64,000 nucleotides of DNA from an uncultured Chloroflexia bacterium (GCA_963752475.1 CAVVYR010000029.1:96001-160000); one strand, 5' to 3'. Numbered from the stretch's first letter, positions 28,055-37,673 are shown. Notes: a model not told the origin generated them from the sequence alone. Numbers and translations: made by a program.

Positions 28055-30139
28055 CTAGATGAAGAGCGGGCCGAAGATGAGCGCCACGATCGACATCAGC
28101 TTGAGCAGGATGTTGATCGAGGGGCCGGAGGTGTCCTTGAAGGGATCGCCGATGGTGTCGCCGACGACGGTGGCCGCGTGGGCATCGCTGCCCTTGCCAC
28201 CCATCTCGCCGGACTCGACCCACTTCTTGGCGTTGTCCCAGGCACCGCCGGTGTTGGCCATGAAGAGGGCCAGCAGGAAGCCCGCGGCGATCGAGCCGGC
28301 GAGCAGGCCACCGAGGGACTCCGCGCCGAGTACGACGCCGACGATGATGGGCGTGAGCACCGCGATGGCGCCCGGCAGGATCATCGAGCGCAGAGCGCCC
28401 CGGGTGGAGATGTCCACCGCGCGAGCAGCATCAGGCTCGACGCCTTCCTTACCCTCACGCAGGCCCGGGATCTCCCGGAACTGGCGACGGACCTCTTCGA
28501 TCATCGCGCCGGCTGCCTCGCCGACCGCGTACATCGTCAGTCCGGCGAAGAGGAACGGCAGCATCGCGCCCAGCAGGATGCCGATGAGCACGCTGCTATC
28601 GGTCAACTGCAACTCGGTGATGCCGGTGACCTCGACGTAGGCGACCAGCAGCGCCAGCGCGGTCAGGACCGCGGAGCCGATGGCGAAGCCCTTGCCGGTA
28701 GCGGCAGTGGTGTTGCCCAGGGAGTCGAGCGCATCGGTGCGTTCGCGGACCTCAGGCGGGAGGTGACCCTGCTCGGCCAGACCGCCGGCGTTGTCGGCGA
28801 CCGGGCCGTAGGCGTCGGTCGCGAGTGTGACGCCGAGGGTGGAGAGCATGCCGACAGCGGCGACGGCGACGCCGTAGAGGCCGGCGAAGTGGTTGGCTAC
28901 GAAGATGCCGGCGACCACCGCGATGGTCGGGATGACCACGCTCACGAGGCCGACAGCGATGCCGCCGATGACGACCGAGGCCGGACCGGTGGCCGCCTGC
29001 TTGGCGATCCACTGGGTGGGTCGGTACTCGTAGGAGGTGAAGAACTCGGTGGTGTTGCCGATGACCTGGCCCACGATGAGGCCGGTCAGGACGACCCAGA
29101 ACAGCTCGAAGGGAAGGTCGAGGATGAGCAGCAGCGCCGCGGTAGCGACGAGGACAAGCGCGGCCGCTCCGAAGACGCCGTACCGCAGCGCCCACAGGAG
29201 CTGGTTCATCTTGGCGTCGTCCTTGGTGCGGACGAGGAAGGTGCCTGCGATCGAGCAGAAGATGCCGATGCCGGCGATGACCAGCGGCAGGACCGCGAGG
29301 GCCGCGTCCCAGTCACCGCTGAGATCGGCGCCCTGGGTGGCGAAGAAGGCCACGCCCACCGCGACGAGCGTCAGGGCGGACACGATGCTGCCCACGTACG
29401 ACTCGAAGAGGTCGGCACCCATGCCGGCGACGTCGCCGACGTTGTCACCGACGTTGTCGGCGATGGTGGCGGGGTTGCGGGGGTCATCCTCGGGGATGCC
29501 CGCCTCGACCTTGCCGACCAAGTCAGCGCCGACGTCGGCGGCCTTGGTGTAGATGCCGCCGCCGACGCGAGCGAACAACGCGATCGACGAGGCGCCGAAG
29601 GCGAAGCCGGCCACGATGGAGGCTTCCTGGAAGATGAACCAGAGGACGGTCACGCCGAGCAGGCCGATGCCCACCACGGTCATGCCCATGACGGTGCCGG
29701 TTCGGAAGGCCACGCGGAGGGCCGGGTTCAGGCCGTCCATGGCCGCTGCAGCGGTGCGGGTGTTGCCTTGGGTGGCGATGCGCATACCTACGAATCCGGC
29801 AGCACCGGAGCCGATGGCGCCGAGCACATAGGCCAGGGCGGTCCATGGGCCTTCGCCGATCGCGTTCTCGGCGTTCGACGCGGCGATGGTCGCGTTGTCG
29901 GTGATGTTGAAGTCGATCAACGCCCCGATGATGACGGCGACGGCGACGACGAAGACCGCGAGGATCGTGTACTCGCGCCGCAGGAACGCCATGGCGCCCT
30001 GCTGGATGAGTCGCCCGACTTTCTGGATGAGCTCGGGGCCAGCGTCCTGGGCCAAGACCCAGCGAGCCAAGTAGGCCGCGAAGCCGAGGCCGACGATGGC
30101 GGCGCCGGCCGAAAGGATGAATGCAGGTGTCCCAGCCAT
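28055..30139 (-). CDS. hppA: Membrane-bound ion-translocating pyrophosphatase, K+-dependent type (probably Na+-pumping)
   Basis: GGGIYTKAADVGADLVGKVE, EDDPRN, DNVGDNVGD, GNTTAA (Ala variant = K+-dependent), GDTIGDPFKDTSGP. Confidence 0.96.
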   Translation of the reverse strand: MAGTPAFILSAGAAIVGLGFAAYLARWVLAQDAGPELIQKVGRLIQQGAMAFLRREYTILAVFVVAVAVIIGALIDFNITDNATIAASNAENAIGEGPWTALAYVLGAIGSGAAGFVGMRIATQGNTRTAAAAMDGLNPALRVAFRTGTVMGMTVVGIGLLGVTVLWFIFQEASIVAGFAFGASSIALFARVGGGIYTKAADVGADLVGKVEAGIPEDDPRNPATIADNVGDNVGDVAGMGADLFESYVGSIVSALTLVAVGVAFFATQGADLSGDWDAALAVLPLVIAGIGIFCSIAGTFLVRTKDDAKMNQLLWALRYGVFGAAALVLVATAALLLILDLPFELFWVVLTGLIVGQVIGNTTEFFTSYEYRPTQWIAKQAATGPASVVIGGIAVGLVSVVIPTIAVVAGIFVANHFAGLYGVAVAAVGMLSTLGVTLATDAYGPVADNAGGLAEQGHLPPEVRERTDALDSLGNTTAATGKGFAIGSAVLTALALLVAYVEVTGITELQLTDSSVLIGILLGAMLPFLFAGLTMYAVGEAAGAMIEEVRRQFREIPGLREGKEGVEPDAARAVDISTRGALRSMILPGAIAVLTPIIVGVVLGAESLGGLLAGSIAAGFLLALFMANTGGAWDNAKKWVESGEMGGKGSDAHAATVVGDTIGDPFKDTSGPSINILLKLMSIVALIFGPLFI

Positions 30140-30370
30140 CAGCAGGGGTACCTCGATGCGAGCACGGGCGTTAGCCTCCCTCTCGTGTGTCTTGGGGCAT
30201 AGGTAGGCACAGATGAGTGCGGGTCAACGATACGGTCTGTGTCGGAAGGGCACGCGTGCCATGTTTCCCCCGCATGCGCACCATCCGGCCCCCGAGTGCA
30301 CGAACAGTCTACCGGCATGGAACAGCCCCGCCGGATCGACGGGGCCGTTGCGGGGCGAGAGCGTGGAGCG

Positions 30371-31489
30371 CTAGGCCTCGGGGCTCTCCTCGGCCGTCGA
30401 CTCCTCTGACTCGGCCAGCATCGCCTCCGCTTCCGCGGCCTGGGCCACGACGTCGATGACCGGGACCTCCACGCCATCGATGGGCGCGTCGTCGGTGATC
30501 ACCAGGATCGATGTGTCGTTGGTGAACAGGAGGTCACCGTCGATATCGGTCACGCGCGCGCTCACGGTGTAGGTGTTGCGTCTCCTCGATGATCGAAGGA
30601 TCGAACGGAGCACTGAACGCGATCTCGATAGCCGTCTCGTCCCCGACCGTGCCGGCATCGCTGCCGATGACCGTGGCGGGTGCGTCGGCGAGCGAGGTGT
30701 CCTGGACTTCCAGCGTCCAATCCGTCGCGCCCTCGAGCGTCGAACCCTCGGGCAGGATGATGAAGCCGGACACGGCCGGTTCGGAGATGGCCGGCTCGTC
30801 GGTCGGCATCGGCTCCTCGGACTCCATCGGCTCGGCGCTCTCGACCGGCTCCTCGGTCGGCTCGGGCGTGGGCTCGGGCGTCGGCTCGGGTGTCGGCTCG
30901 GGTGTCGGCTCGGGCGTGGGCTCGGGCGTGGGCTCGGGTGTCGGCTCCGGGCGTCGGCTCGGGTGTCGGCTCGGGCGTCGGCTCGGGCGTCGGCTCGGGT
31001 GTCGGCTCGGGCGTCGGCTCGGGCGTGGGCTCGGGTGTCGGCTCGGGCGTCGGCTCGGGTGTCGGCTCGGGTGTCGGCTCGGGTGTGGGCTCGGGTGTCG
31101 GCTCGGGCGTCGGCTCGGGTGTCGGCTCGGGCGTCGGCTCGGGTGTGGGCTCGGGCGTGGGCTCGGGTGTCGGCTCGGGCGTGGGCTCGGGTGTGGGCTC
31201 GGGCGTGGGCTCGGGTGTCGGCTCGGGCGTGGGCTCGGGCGTCGGCTCCGGGCGTGGGCTCGGGTGTCGGCTCGGGCGTCGGTTCCGGGGTGGGCTCGGG
31301 TGTCGGCTCCGGCGTGGGCTCTTCGATGGGCTCGATCGTGGCGACGACAGGCGCGGTGGAAGGCTCCTCGCTGGGCACCTCGGTGGGCGCGGGCGTCGGG
31401 TCCTCCGGACGGCAGGCCATGACGACCAGGGCGCCAGCAGCGATGAGTGCTGACCACTTCGTCAGGCGTGTGATTCCGGTCTTGTCCAA
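30371..31489 (-). CDS. Lipoprotein with a long (EPTP)n stalk and a C-terminal YbaY domain; three apparent +1 frameshifts
   Basis: SD AGGAGG, TTG start, lipobox VVMAC. YbaY motifs [11 protein letters not shown] and F...FD...I......Y.VSAR....G.LLF.ND are spread over frames; shifts near 31249, 30948 and 30578. Confidence 0.82.
   Translation of the reverse strand: MDKTGITRLTKWSALIAAGALVVMACRPEDPTPAPTEVPSEEPSTAPVVATIEPIEEPTPEPTPEPTPEPTPEPTPEPTPGADARAHARADTRAHARAHTRAHARADTRAHARAHTRADARADTRADARADTRAHTRADTRADTRADARADTRAHARADARADTRADARADARADTRADARSRHPSPRPSPRPSRHPSRHPSRRPSPRPSRPRSRSRAPSRWSPRSRCRPTSRPSPNRPCPASSSCPRVRRSRARRIGRWKSRTPRSPTHPPRSSAAMPARSGTRRLSRSRSVLRSILRSSRRRNTYTVSARVTDIDGDLLFTNDTSILVITDDAPIDGVEVPVIDVVAQAAEAEAMLAESEESTAEESPEA
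30859..31321. repeat. 12-bp coding tandem repeat, about 38 units, encoding Glu-Pro-Thr-Pro
   Basis: Plus-strand unit GGCTCGGG(C/T)GT(C/G); two units carry one extra base. Confidence 0.95.
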
Positions 31490-31594
31490 GGCTGTTGCCC
31501 TCCTGCCCTGCCATGTGGGTATAGCCGGCCCAGCCCCCTCTCGGCCTGACCGGCGCTCGGTTTGCGTGGCGCTACCTTACCTGAGGCCGCTCTC

Positions 31595-32818
31595 CTAGGT
31601 GTCGCAGGCCGGGGTGTCAGGGAAGAGCTCCCGGACGTTCTCAGCGGTGACCAGTTCCAGCTCCGCCTGCAGCAGCGGCGACACGGCTTGGCCGGCGACG
31701 GCATCGACGACCGCCGGCACCACCGTGGCCCCGAACCGCTCGGGGAACTGCGCGACAGATGCGACGTAGTGCTTGTCGCACGCGATCGTCTGGCGGATGG
31801 CCGCGTCGGCCAGCTGGCCGCTATACCAGACATGGTTGGTGCGCTCACGCCGCTCGGCCGCACTGATGGCCCCGAGGATCGCGTCCTCTGTCACACCGGC
31901 CACCATGATCGGCTTGCCCTTGACCTCGTCGAGCACCTCGACGAACTGGTTCTGGGCGGTGATCAGGTGCTGGGCGTCGTTGAGCTCGAAGGTCTGCTTG
32001 GGCAATTTGCAGTGCTCCTGGTAGCCCTCGCGGTAGCCGTCCATGCGCGCACCACCGATCTCGTCCTCGGCGCTGGACTCCAGCGAGACATAGGCCTTGA
32101 CGTCGCACTCGAAACGTTCGGCAGCGGTGACCCCGAGGGCAGCGCCCGCGAGCCTGCCCGACTCGGCCTGGTCGATCTCGAAGAGCGAGACTTGGCACGG
32201 CCCTTGGTCGTAGACGATCCCGATGGCGGGCACCTCGCCGAGCGCCTCACACACGCTCTCGGTCAGGTCGGGGAACGGTTGCATGCTGATGACGCCGGTG
32301 ACGCCGGCTTCGGCCAGCTGCGCCGCACAGGCGCGCACGCCGGGTCGCGTCCAGCCAGAGTCGCACTCGACCAACCGCACGCCGGCATCGGCCGCGGCCT
32401 CGCGTACGCCGCTGGAGATGATCTGCACGAACGCCTGTGACTCGTCGAGCGAGATGTAGCCGATGGCAGGCTCAGCGTCCGTGGCGGCCTCCGCAGCCTC
32501 GCTGGAGGCCACGGCTTCAGAAGCCTCGGCGTCCGTGGCGGCCTCGGCAGCGTCGGGGGTCTCGGCATCCGCGGTGGCAGCAGCGTCGGGCGTCTCGGGC
32601 GTCTCGGGCGTCTCGCTGGGCGTGGCTGGATCGGCGGGAACCGTGTTTGGGATCGCGGTCGCGGTCACGATCGCTTGCGCGGAGCGCTCGTTGGTGACGC
32701 TCTCGCTCGTGACGGTCACGCAGGCATTGGCCACAAGGCCGATCGTCAGGAGCAAGGCGCCGGCCACGATCGTGCGACGGAGCGTATCGCGGTGGGGGTT
32801 CTGGGGAACCGGGTTCAG
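31595..32818 (-). CDS. Orphan sugar-binding (PBP type 1) lipoprotein with an acidic Ala/Thr/Pro linker
   Basis: Lipobox VANAC; F...i..GvreAA; G..aG; RmdGY; VAQFPE.fG. Start is either CTG 32818 (SD GAGGT, adds an RR n-region) or GTG 32767. Confidence 0.82.
   Translation of the reverse strand: MNPVPQNPHRDTLRRTIVAGALLLTIGLVANACVTVTSESVTNERSAQAIVTATAIPNTVPADPATPSETPETPETPDAAATADAETPDAAEAATDAEASEAVASSEAAEAATDAEPAIGYISLDESQAFVQIISSGVREAAADAGVRLVECDSGWTRPGVRACAAQLAEAGVTGVISMQPFPDLTESVCEALGEVPAIGIVYDQGPCQVSLFEIDQAESGRLAGAALGVTAAERFECDVKAYVSLESSAEDEIGGARMDGYREGYQEHCKLPKQTFELNDAQHLITAQNQFVEVLDEVKGKPIMVAGVTEDAILGAISAAERRERTNHVWYSGQLADAAIRQTIACDKHYVASVAQFPERFGATVVPAVVDAVAGQAVSPLLQAELELVTAENVRELFPDTPACDT
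32588..32614. repeat. 9-bp tandem repeat x3 (encodes ETP)
   Basis: GGGCGTCTC x3 in the lipoprotein linker. Confidence 0.8.
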
Positions 32819-33040
32819 GTGAAGGACCTCACGGTAGACATCGCTGACGCACCGGGCGCGTCAGCGGCGACGTCAGCGGTGTCGCTCGTGCGCGAGCCCT
32901 AGGAGCGCGAAGTATGGGGTTGGATCACGACGCGGGCAGCTCGTCGATCGGGCCACGAAGCGTCGATGGCACGAAGCATACCGACCTCGGCCCGAATCCG
33001 GCTGGAAACGCCCGATCAGCGGTCCAGGCGACAGGGTCGA

Positions 33041-34096
33041 TCAGCGGGCCGCCAGCGTCTGTGCCTCGTCACCCAGGCTGACGCGGATCGATACGCCGTA
33101 GGTCCGCCGCTCACCAGGCTCGAGGTACTCCAGCGTGCCGTCCTCACGATCGGAGGCTCGGCCGTTGACGGTGCAGTTGGCCGGCTCCAGACCGGTGACG
33201 TACATGCCCGGCCCGAGCATCCGCCACTGCCACATCCGGGGCAGCTCGGCGGGATCCCACGAGACCGTCAGGCCGATGCCGCCGGTGGGCTCGTAGCCCG
33301 GGTTGACGACCGAGGCGCTAACGCTCTCGTCGTCGGTGGGCAGCAGCTCATGGCGGTAGACGTTCTCGACGAAGCCGTCCTGCGGCGCGGGGAACTCGGT
33401 GCGCTGGCCCATGCCCCGGGCGGCATTCTCGTCCCGCGGCGTGATCTCTGCTGGAGGCGTGATGAGCACCGACCCATCGGCCACGACCGGATAGCCGGGA
33501 TTGCAGTGGTAGAGCAGCATCAGTCCGGCCGTCGCGTAACCCTGGTTGACGACCTCGTCACGCACATGGACGACGGTCTCGCCCATGGGCAGGGTGATGC
33601 GTCGGCGAAGCAGCAGGTCGGACCCGAAGACGTCGGTCTCACGCATCTCGCCGCTGACCTCGGCCACGAGTCGGCCGTCCTCCTCGACGACCCGATGGGT
33701 GACGTTGCGTGCCGGGATGTGGCTGATGCGCCCGTGGAGTCCGTGGCTGGTGCCTTCATCATCCGAGGGCATGCCGACGTTCTGCAGCCCGCAGGTGAGG
33801 AGCATGCCGCCGTGGAACGAGTGCAACCAGTCGGCGGAGTGGAAGTAGGCCGGGTGTACGGCCCCGGTGGTCGACTGCCAGCTGAGCTGGTGGCCACCGG
33901 CCCACACCGGTCCCAGGTCGAGCCCTCGGTCGGCCAGGATCAGGGCGGAGATGCCGCCTGCCGCGCGGGCATCGATGACCCTGGTCCCGTCCTCCTTGCC
34001 ATCGGCCAGACGGGCTGCGCGGGTGGACACGAGTTGCGACACATCGCCGACGCGACGGCGCAGCTCCAGGAGATCATGGGATACGTGCTCACTCAT
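33041..34096 (-). CDS. Aldose 1-epimerase superfamily protein (DUF4432-like)
   Basis: DRGLD, F.GG.L.TCGL.N.G.P, LHGR, LYHCN.GYP, GLEP.N. Confidence 0.88.
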   Translation of the reverse strand: MSEHVSHDLLELRRRVGDVSQLVSTRAARLADGKEDGTRVIDARAAGGISALILADRGLDLGPVWAGGHQLSWQSTTGAVHPAYFHSADWLHSFHGGMLLTCGLQNVGMPSDDEGTSHGLHGRISHIPARNVTHRVVEEDGRLVAEVSGEMRETDVFGSDLLLRRRITLPMGETVVHVRDEVVNQGYATAGLMLLYHCNPGYPVVADGSVLITPPAEITPRDENAARGMGQRTEFPAPQDGFVENVYRHELLPTDDESVSASVVNPGYEPTGGIGLTVSWDPAELPRMWQWRMLGPGMYVTGLEPANCTVNGRASDREDGTLEYLEPGERRTYGVSIRVSLGDEAQTLAAR

Positions 34097-34200
34097 GCGT
34101 TCACGGTACGCCTTTCGCGGTCGGGCCGGCGGACCGGCACGGCTATGATGGCGACCAACGACGGCCCCATGGGCTGAGCAGGGAGGACCACACCGGCACG

Positions 34201-35565
34201 ATGGCGAGGACGAGCGCGAAGCGGTCCGCAGACCAGGTCATCAGGACCTACGCCGCGGCCGACCGCGCCCAGGCCGAGCGCTCATACCTGCGAGAGCGCC
34301 AGCAGGCCGCGACCCGTGGCTGGGTGCCCAAGTCCCGCCGCTGGCGCTCCGAGGACAAGGAGCACGTGCTCACCGTGGTCTACGAGTCGGTCGATCTGGC
34401 CGACTCCTTCGCCGGGGACGAGCCGGTAGGTGAGCGCACGGCCGAGATCACCAGCCGGCCACTCGAGTGGACGCCCGAGCAGGCCCGTGAGCGTGAGGCC
34501 AAGCGGACGGTGGTCCGGACGCTGGACCTGCACTGCGCCGGCGAGCCTCTACGCCTCATCCGCAGCGGCTACCCGGCCGTGCCCCAGGGACCCATCGACG
34601 AACGCCGTGCCTGGGCCCGCGAGAACGCCGACCACATCCGCCGCATGCTGATGTACGAGCCGCGCGGACACCGTGACATGTACGGCGCGGTGCTGTTGCC
34701 GCCCCACCGGGACGACGCGGACGTGGCCGTCCTGTTCATGCACAACGAGGGCTACTCGACGATGTGCGGCCACGGCATCATCGCGCTCACGCAAGGCCTC
34801 ATCGAAGAGGGTCTCTACCCAGCCGTCACACCCGTCACCGAGATCCGCTGGGAGACGCCGGCCGGCCTCGTCGTCGCCGAGGCGGAGGTGAGCGTCGGCG
34901 TCGGTGCGGAGCCGGTCGTGCGCTCGGTGCGTTTCGTGAACGTGCCCTCGTACCTGCATACCGAGGGACTGGTCATGCGGCCGCGGGGCGTGCGCCTGTT
35001 CGGGGCGGCCGCGGAGCGTAAGGGGCTGTCGGTGCAGCTGGCCTTCGGCGGGGCCTACTACGGCATCGTCGATGTGGCCGAGCTGGGCCTGCGCGTGGTG
35101 CCCGAGCAGATCGAGCCGCTCACGCGAGCCGGCGCCGCCATCACCGAAGCCTTGCGCCGCGATCACTCCCCCACCCATCCGACCGACGAGTCGCTGAGCT
35201 TCGTCTACGGCACGATCATCGTCGACAGCGATCCCGCGTCTTCGCCCGACGGCCTCGCGACCGACGCCACCATCCGCAACGTCACCATCTTCGCGGAGGC
35301 AGAAGTGGACCGCTCGCCCTGTGGTTCCGGCACCTCTGCCCTGCTGGCGGCGCGACACGCGCTGGGCGCCTCGCAGGTCGGAGACACCATCGTCAATGCC
35401 GGCATCACCGGCGAGGCCTTCATCGCCAGCGTGGAGGACACCACCACGCTCGGCGGACATGACGCCGTCATCACCAGCGTCGAGGGCAGCGGCTACGTCA
35501 CCGGGCACGCGCGCTTCGTGCTCGACGAGCGCGATCGGCTGGGCCAGGGGTTCCTGCTGCGCTAG
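34201..35565 (+). CDS. Proline racemase/hydroxyproline epimerase family protein with an N-terminal extra domain
   Basis: D.H..GEPLR, EPRGH.DMYGA, catalytic MCGH and DRSPCGSGT (Cys/Cys pair); SD GGAGG upstream. Confidence 0.92.
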   Translation: MARTSAKRSADQVIRTYAAADRAQAERSYLRERQQAATRGWVPKSRRWRSEDKEHVLTVVYESVDLADSFAGDEPVGERTAEITSRPLEWTPEQAREREAKRTVVRTLDLHCAGEPLRLIRSGYPAVPQGPIDERRAWARENADHIRRMLMYEPRGHRDMYGAVLLPPHRDDADVAVLFMHNEGYSTMCGHGIIALTQGLIEEGLYPAVTPVTEIRWETPAGLVVAEAEVSVGVGAEPVVRSVRFVNVPSYLHTEGLVMRPRGVRLFGAAAERKGLSVQLAFGGAYYGIVDVAELGLRVVPEQIEPLTRAGAAITEALRRDHSPTHPTDESLSFVYGTIIVDSDPASSPDGLATDATIRNVTIFAEAEVDRSPCGSGTSALLAARHALGASQVGDTIVNAGITGEAFIASVEDTTTLGGHDAVITSVEGSGYVTGHARFVLDERDRLGQGFLLR

Positions 35566-35621
35566 CGGCTGATGTGACGGTCGACACAGGCACGTCATCG
35601 AAGACTCGGCAGGATACGGCC

Positions 35622-35891
35622 ATGAACTACCTGCGAAACCTCGTCTCGACGGCCGACCAGGCCTGCGCCCATGCCCCCGCCGAGATGGCCGCTCCCAATG
35701 GGAACACCTGCGAGGCATGCGGCAGCACCAGGAGCCTGCGCATGTGTGCGGAGTGCGGCCACGTCGGCTGCTGCGACTCGCAGGCCGGCGACGCTCGGCG
35801 CCATGCACGCGAGACGAAGCACGAGGTGATGGTGGCCATGCCCGTGGGCAGTTCCTTCACGTGGTGCTACGCCTGTGACCGCTACCTCTAG
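35622..35891 (+). CDS. Stand-alone UBP-type zinc finger protein
   Basis: CAH, CEAC, LRMCAECGHVGCCDS, H...H, WCY.C. Confidence 0.88.
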   Translation: MNYLRNLVSTADQACAHAPAEMAAPNGNTCEACGSTRSLRMCAECGHVGCCDSQAGDARRHARETKHEVMVAMPVGSSFTWCYACDRYL

Positions 35892-37024
35892 ACCGAACCG
35901 GGCAGTGACCCACACGTCGCGAACAGGATGGGCGTGGTGCGGACCTGGCGCATGACGTGGACCGGCTCGTCGTTGACCGGCGCCACATCGAGCACCAGTC
36001 GCGATCCGACCACCCGAGCGTCGGACAGCCCGAAGGCCGCCTCGTCGTACCGGCTGAAGTTGTCGTTGAAGGGGTTGCCCTCCTCCACCAGGACCTGTCG
36101 GCCGGCCAAGTCGTCGTGCGCTTGCGTCGCATCGGGATAGGCGAAGACATAGCGACCCTGTGGCGGGGTATCGACCGCGGCACGCGTGTAGCCGACCGCC
36201 AGAGCCTCGTACCGATGGAGCGGAGCGACCGCGGCCGCAGCGCGACGAGCGGCACCCTCGAGCCAACCCATCGTCGTCTCGGAACAGGCGACCTCACCGT
36301 CGATGATGGAGGCTGCAACGGGCGTCCCCAGGGCCGACGCTGCTCGGCCGAACCCTCGCTCGGCGACCTCGGTCGGTCGCGCCACGGTCCCGTCGCGCAG
36401 GATGGTCCCCGCCTCGGCTGACCGACCAAAGACCACGGTGCGAGTGTCCTCGTCGAGCGCGACCCAGACCATCGGCTCGGTGACGGCCTGCCCGTGGATG
36501 TCGAGGCCGTGCATGTTGGCGAAGCGCAGCTGCCACGGGACCTGGGCCACCGGATCGGGTTCGTAGAGGGTGATGCCCCCAAGCCGATGCGCGGTGTAGT
36601 CGAACCCGTCGAGGGCGTCGTCGAAGCGTGACGTGTCCCAGTGCTCTCCGAAGCGCATGACGGCGAACTCGCCGTACACCCTCGCCTCCCACTCGAGATC
36701 GGCATTGCCCCAACCCCAGGTGTCGCGCCAGGCGGCGAGGCGATCGAAGCCGAGTGGCATGGTCGCCGCCTCCGCGCCGGCGATCTCGAGCATCAGCCGC
36801 TGTCGCTCGGCAAGCGGGCTATCGCCGGTGAGATGCGCGCCGCCGTGGAGCTCGCGCAGCTGAGCCCAGTCGACGAAGTCGAGGCTGGCGGGCTCGCTGT
36901 CGGACGGTACGTACGCCAGCGCCTCGAGCAATGGCGCCGGCTGGTCAGCGTGTGCCATGGCAGCCGTCGACATGGTCATCGCGAGCGCGGACCCCAGTAC
37001 AGCCCCCAGCCATAGCCCAGCCAT
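35888..37024 (-). CDS. Hypothetical secreted protein
   Basis: SD GGAGG, signal peptide ending AMA/AHA, long ORF filling the gap; no family recognised. Confidence 0.7.
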   Translation of the reverse strand: MAGLWLGAVLGSALAMTMSTAAMAHADQPAPLLEALAYVPSDSEPASLDFVDWAQLRELHGGAHLTGDSPLAERQRLMLEIAGAEAATMPLGFDRLAAWRDTWGWGNADLEWEARVYGEFAVMRFGEHWDTSRFDDALDGFDYTAHRLGGITLYEPDPVAQVPWQLRFANMHGLDIHGQAVTEPMVWVALDEDTRTVVFGRSAEAGTILRDGTVARPTEVAERGFGRAASALGTPVAASIIDGEVACSETTMGWLEGAARRAAAAVAPLHRYEALAVGYTRAAVDTPPQGRYVFAYPDATQAHDDLAGRQVLVEEGNPFNDNFSRYDEAAFGLSDARVVGSRLVLDVAPVNDEPVHVMRQVRTTPILFATCGSLPGSV

Positions 37025-37067
37025 GGTCACCTCCAGGCTGCGCAGGATGACCGTCCGCCGGGCACAC

Positions 37068-37094
37068 TGCAACCGATGACGACCCACGCGTGTT
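37068..37094 (+). promoter_or_regulatory. Putative ECF-type (auto)promoter TGCAAC-N15-CGTGTT
   Basis: AAC in the -35 and CGT/GTT in the -10 are typical ECF promoter elements; it ends 9 nt before the sigma GTG. Confidence 0.4.
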
Positions 37095-37103
37095 CCTGCT
37101 TGC

Positions 37104-37673
37104 GTGTGCACTGAATGCCCGCGCCGGCTGGCTGACGACCTCGAGGCCGCGTTCCCGCGGTTCCTGGCCCACCACCAGGACCTGGTCTACGGCATCGCCC
37201 TGCGCTCGACGAAGCGGCCGGCCGATGCCGAGGACCTGGCACAAGAGGCCTTCATCCGCGCCCATCGGGCGCTCCTGGACTACCCGCCGAAGCGGATCCG
37301 CGAGCTGCGTCCGAAGGGCTGGCTGGCGGCCATCGTGGGCAACCTCGGGCGCAACCGGGCCCGGCGGAAGGCGCTTGCCACGGCCGATCTCGAGGTCGCC
37401 GTCGAGTCGCGGGCTGACGATGCTCCGGGCCCGGAAGGTCTCGCCGAAGGACGTGAATCGGCGGAGGCCTGGCGGCGACGGCTGGAGCTGCTGCCGACGA
37501 GGTACCGCCGGGCGGTCGAGCTGCGACACGTCAGCGGCCTCTCCTACCCGGAGCTGGCCGAGGCGCTGGAGCGGCCTCTGGGCACGGTCAAGTCGGACGT
37601 CCACCGGGGCGTGCGACTGCTGCGCAAGGCGTACCTCGACGAGATGAACGACGAAAGCCACGAGGTGGTGTGA
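37104..37673 (+). CDS. ECF RNA polymerase sigma factor
   Basis: Region 2 DAEDLAQEAFIRA...WL..I..N; region 4 GLSYPELAEALERPLGTVKSDVHRG; N-terminal CTEC. Confidence 0.95.
   Translation: MCTECPRRLADDLEAAFPRFLAHHQDLVYGIALRSTKRPADAEDLAQEAFIRAHRALLDYPPKRIRELRPKGWLAAIVGNLGRNRARRKALATADLEVAVESRADDAPGPEGLAEGRESAEAWRRRLELLPTRYRRAVELRHVSGLSYPELAEALERPLGTVKSDVHRGVRLLRKAYLDEMNDESHEVV

Noticed and set aside
30859-31321. CRISPR array or non-coding satellite
   Set aside because: Contiguous 12-bp units without spacers, varying at synonymous positions of an EPTP coding frame; no cas genes.
35780-35825. His-to-Asp change in the UBP zinc finger (GDARRH) as a novel ligand set
   Set aside because: A single-base difference (GAC vs CAC) in a sequence with evident errors; not supportable without reads.
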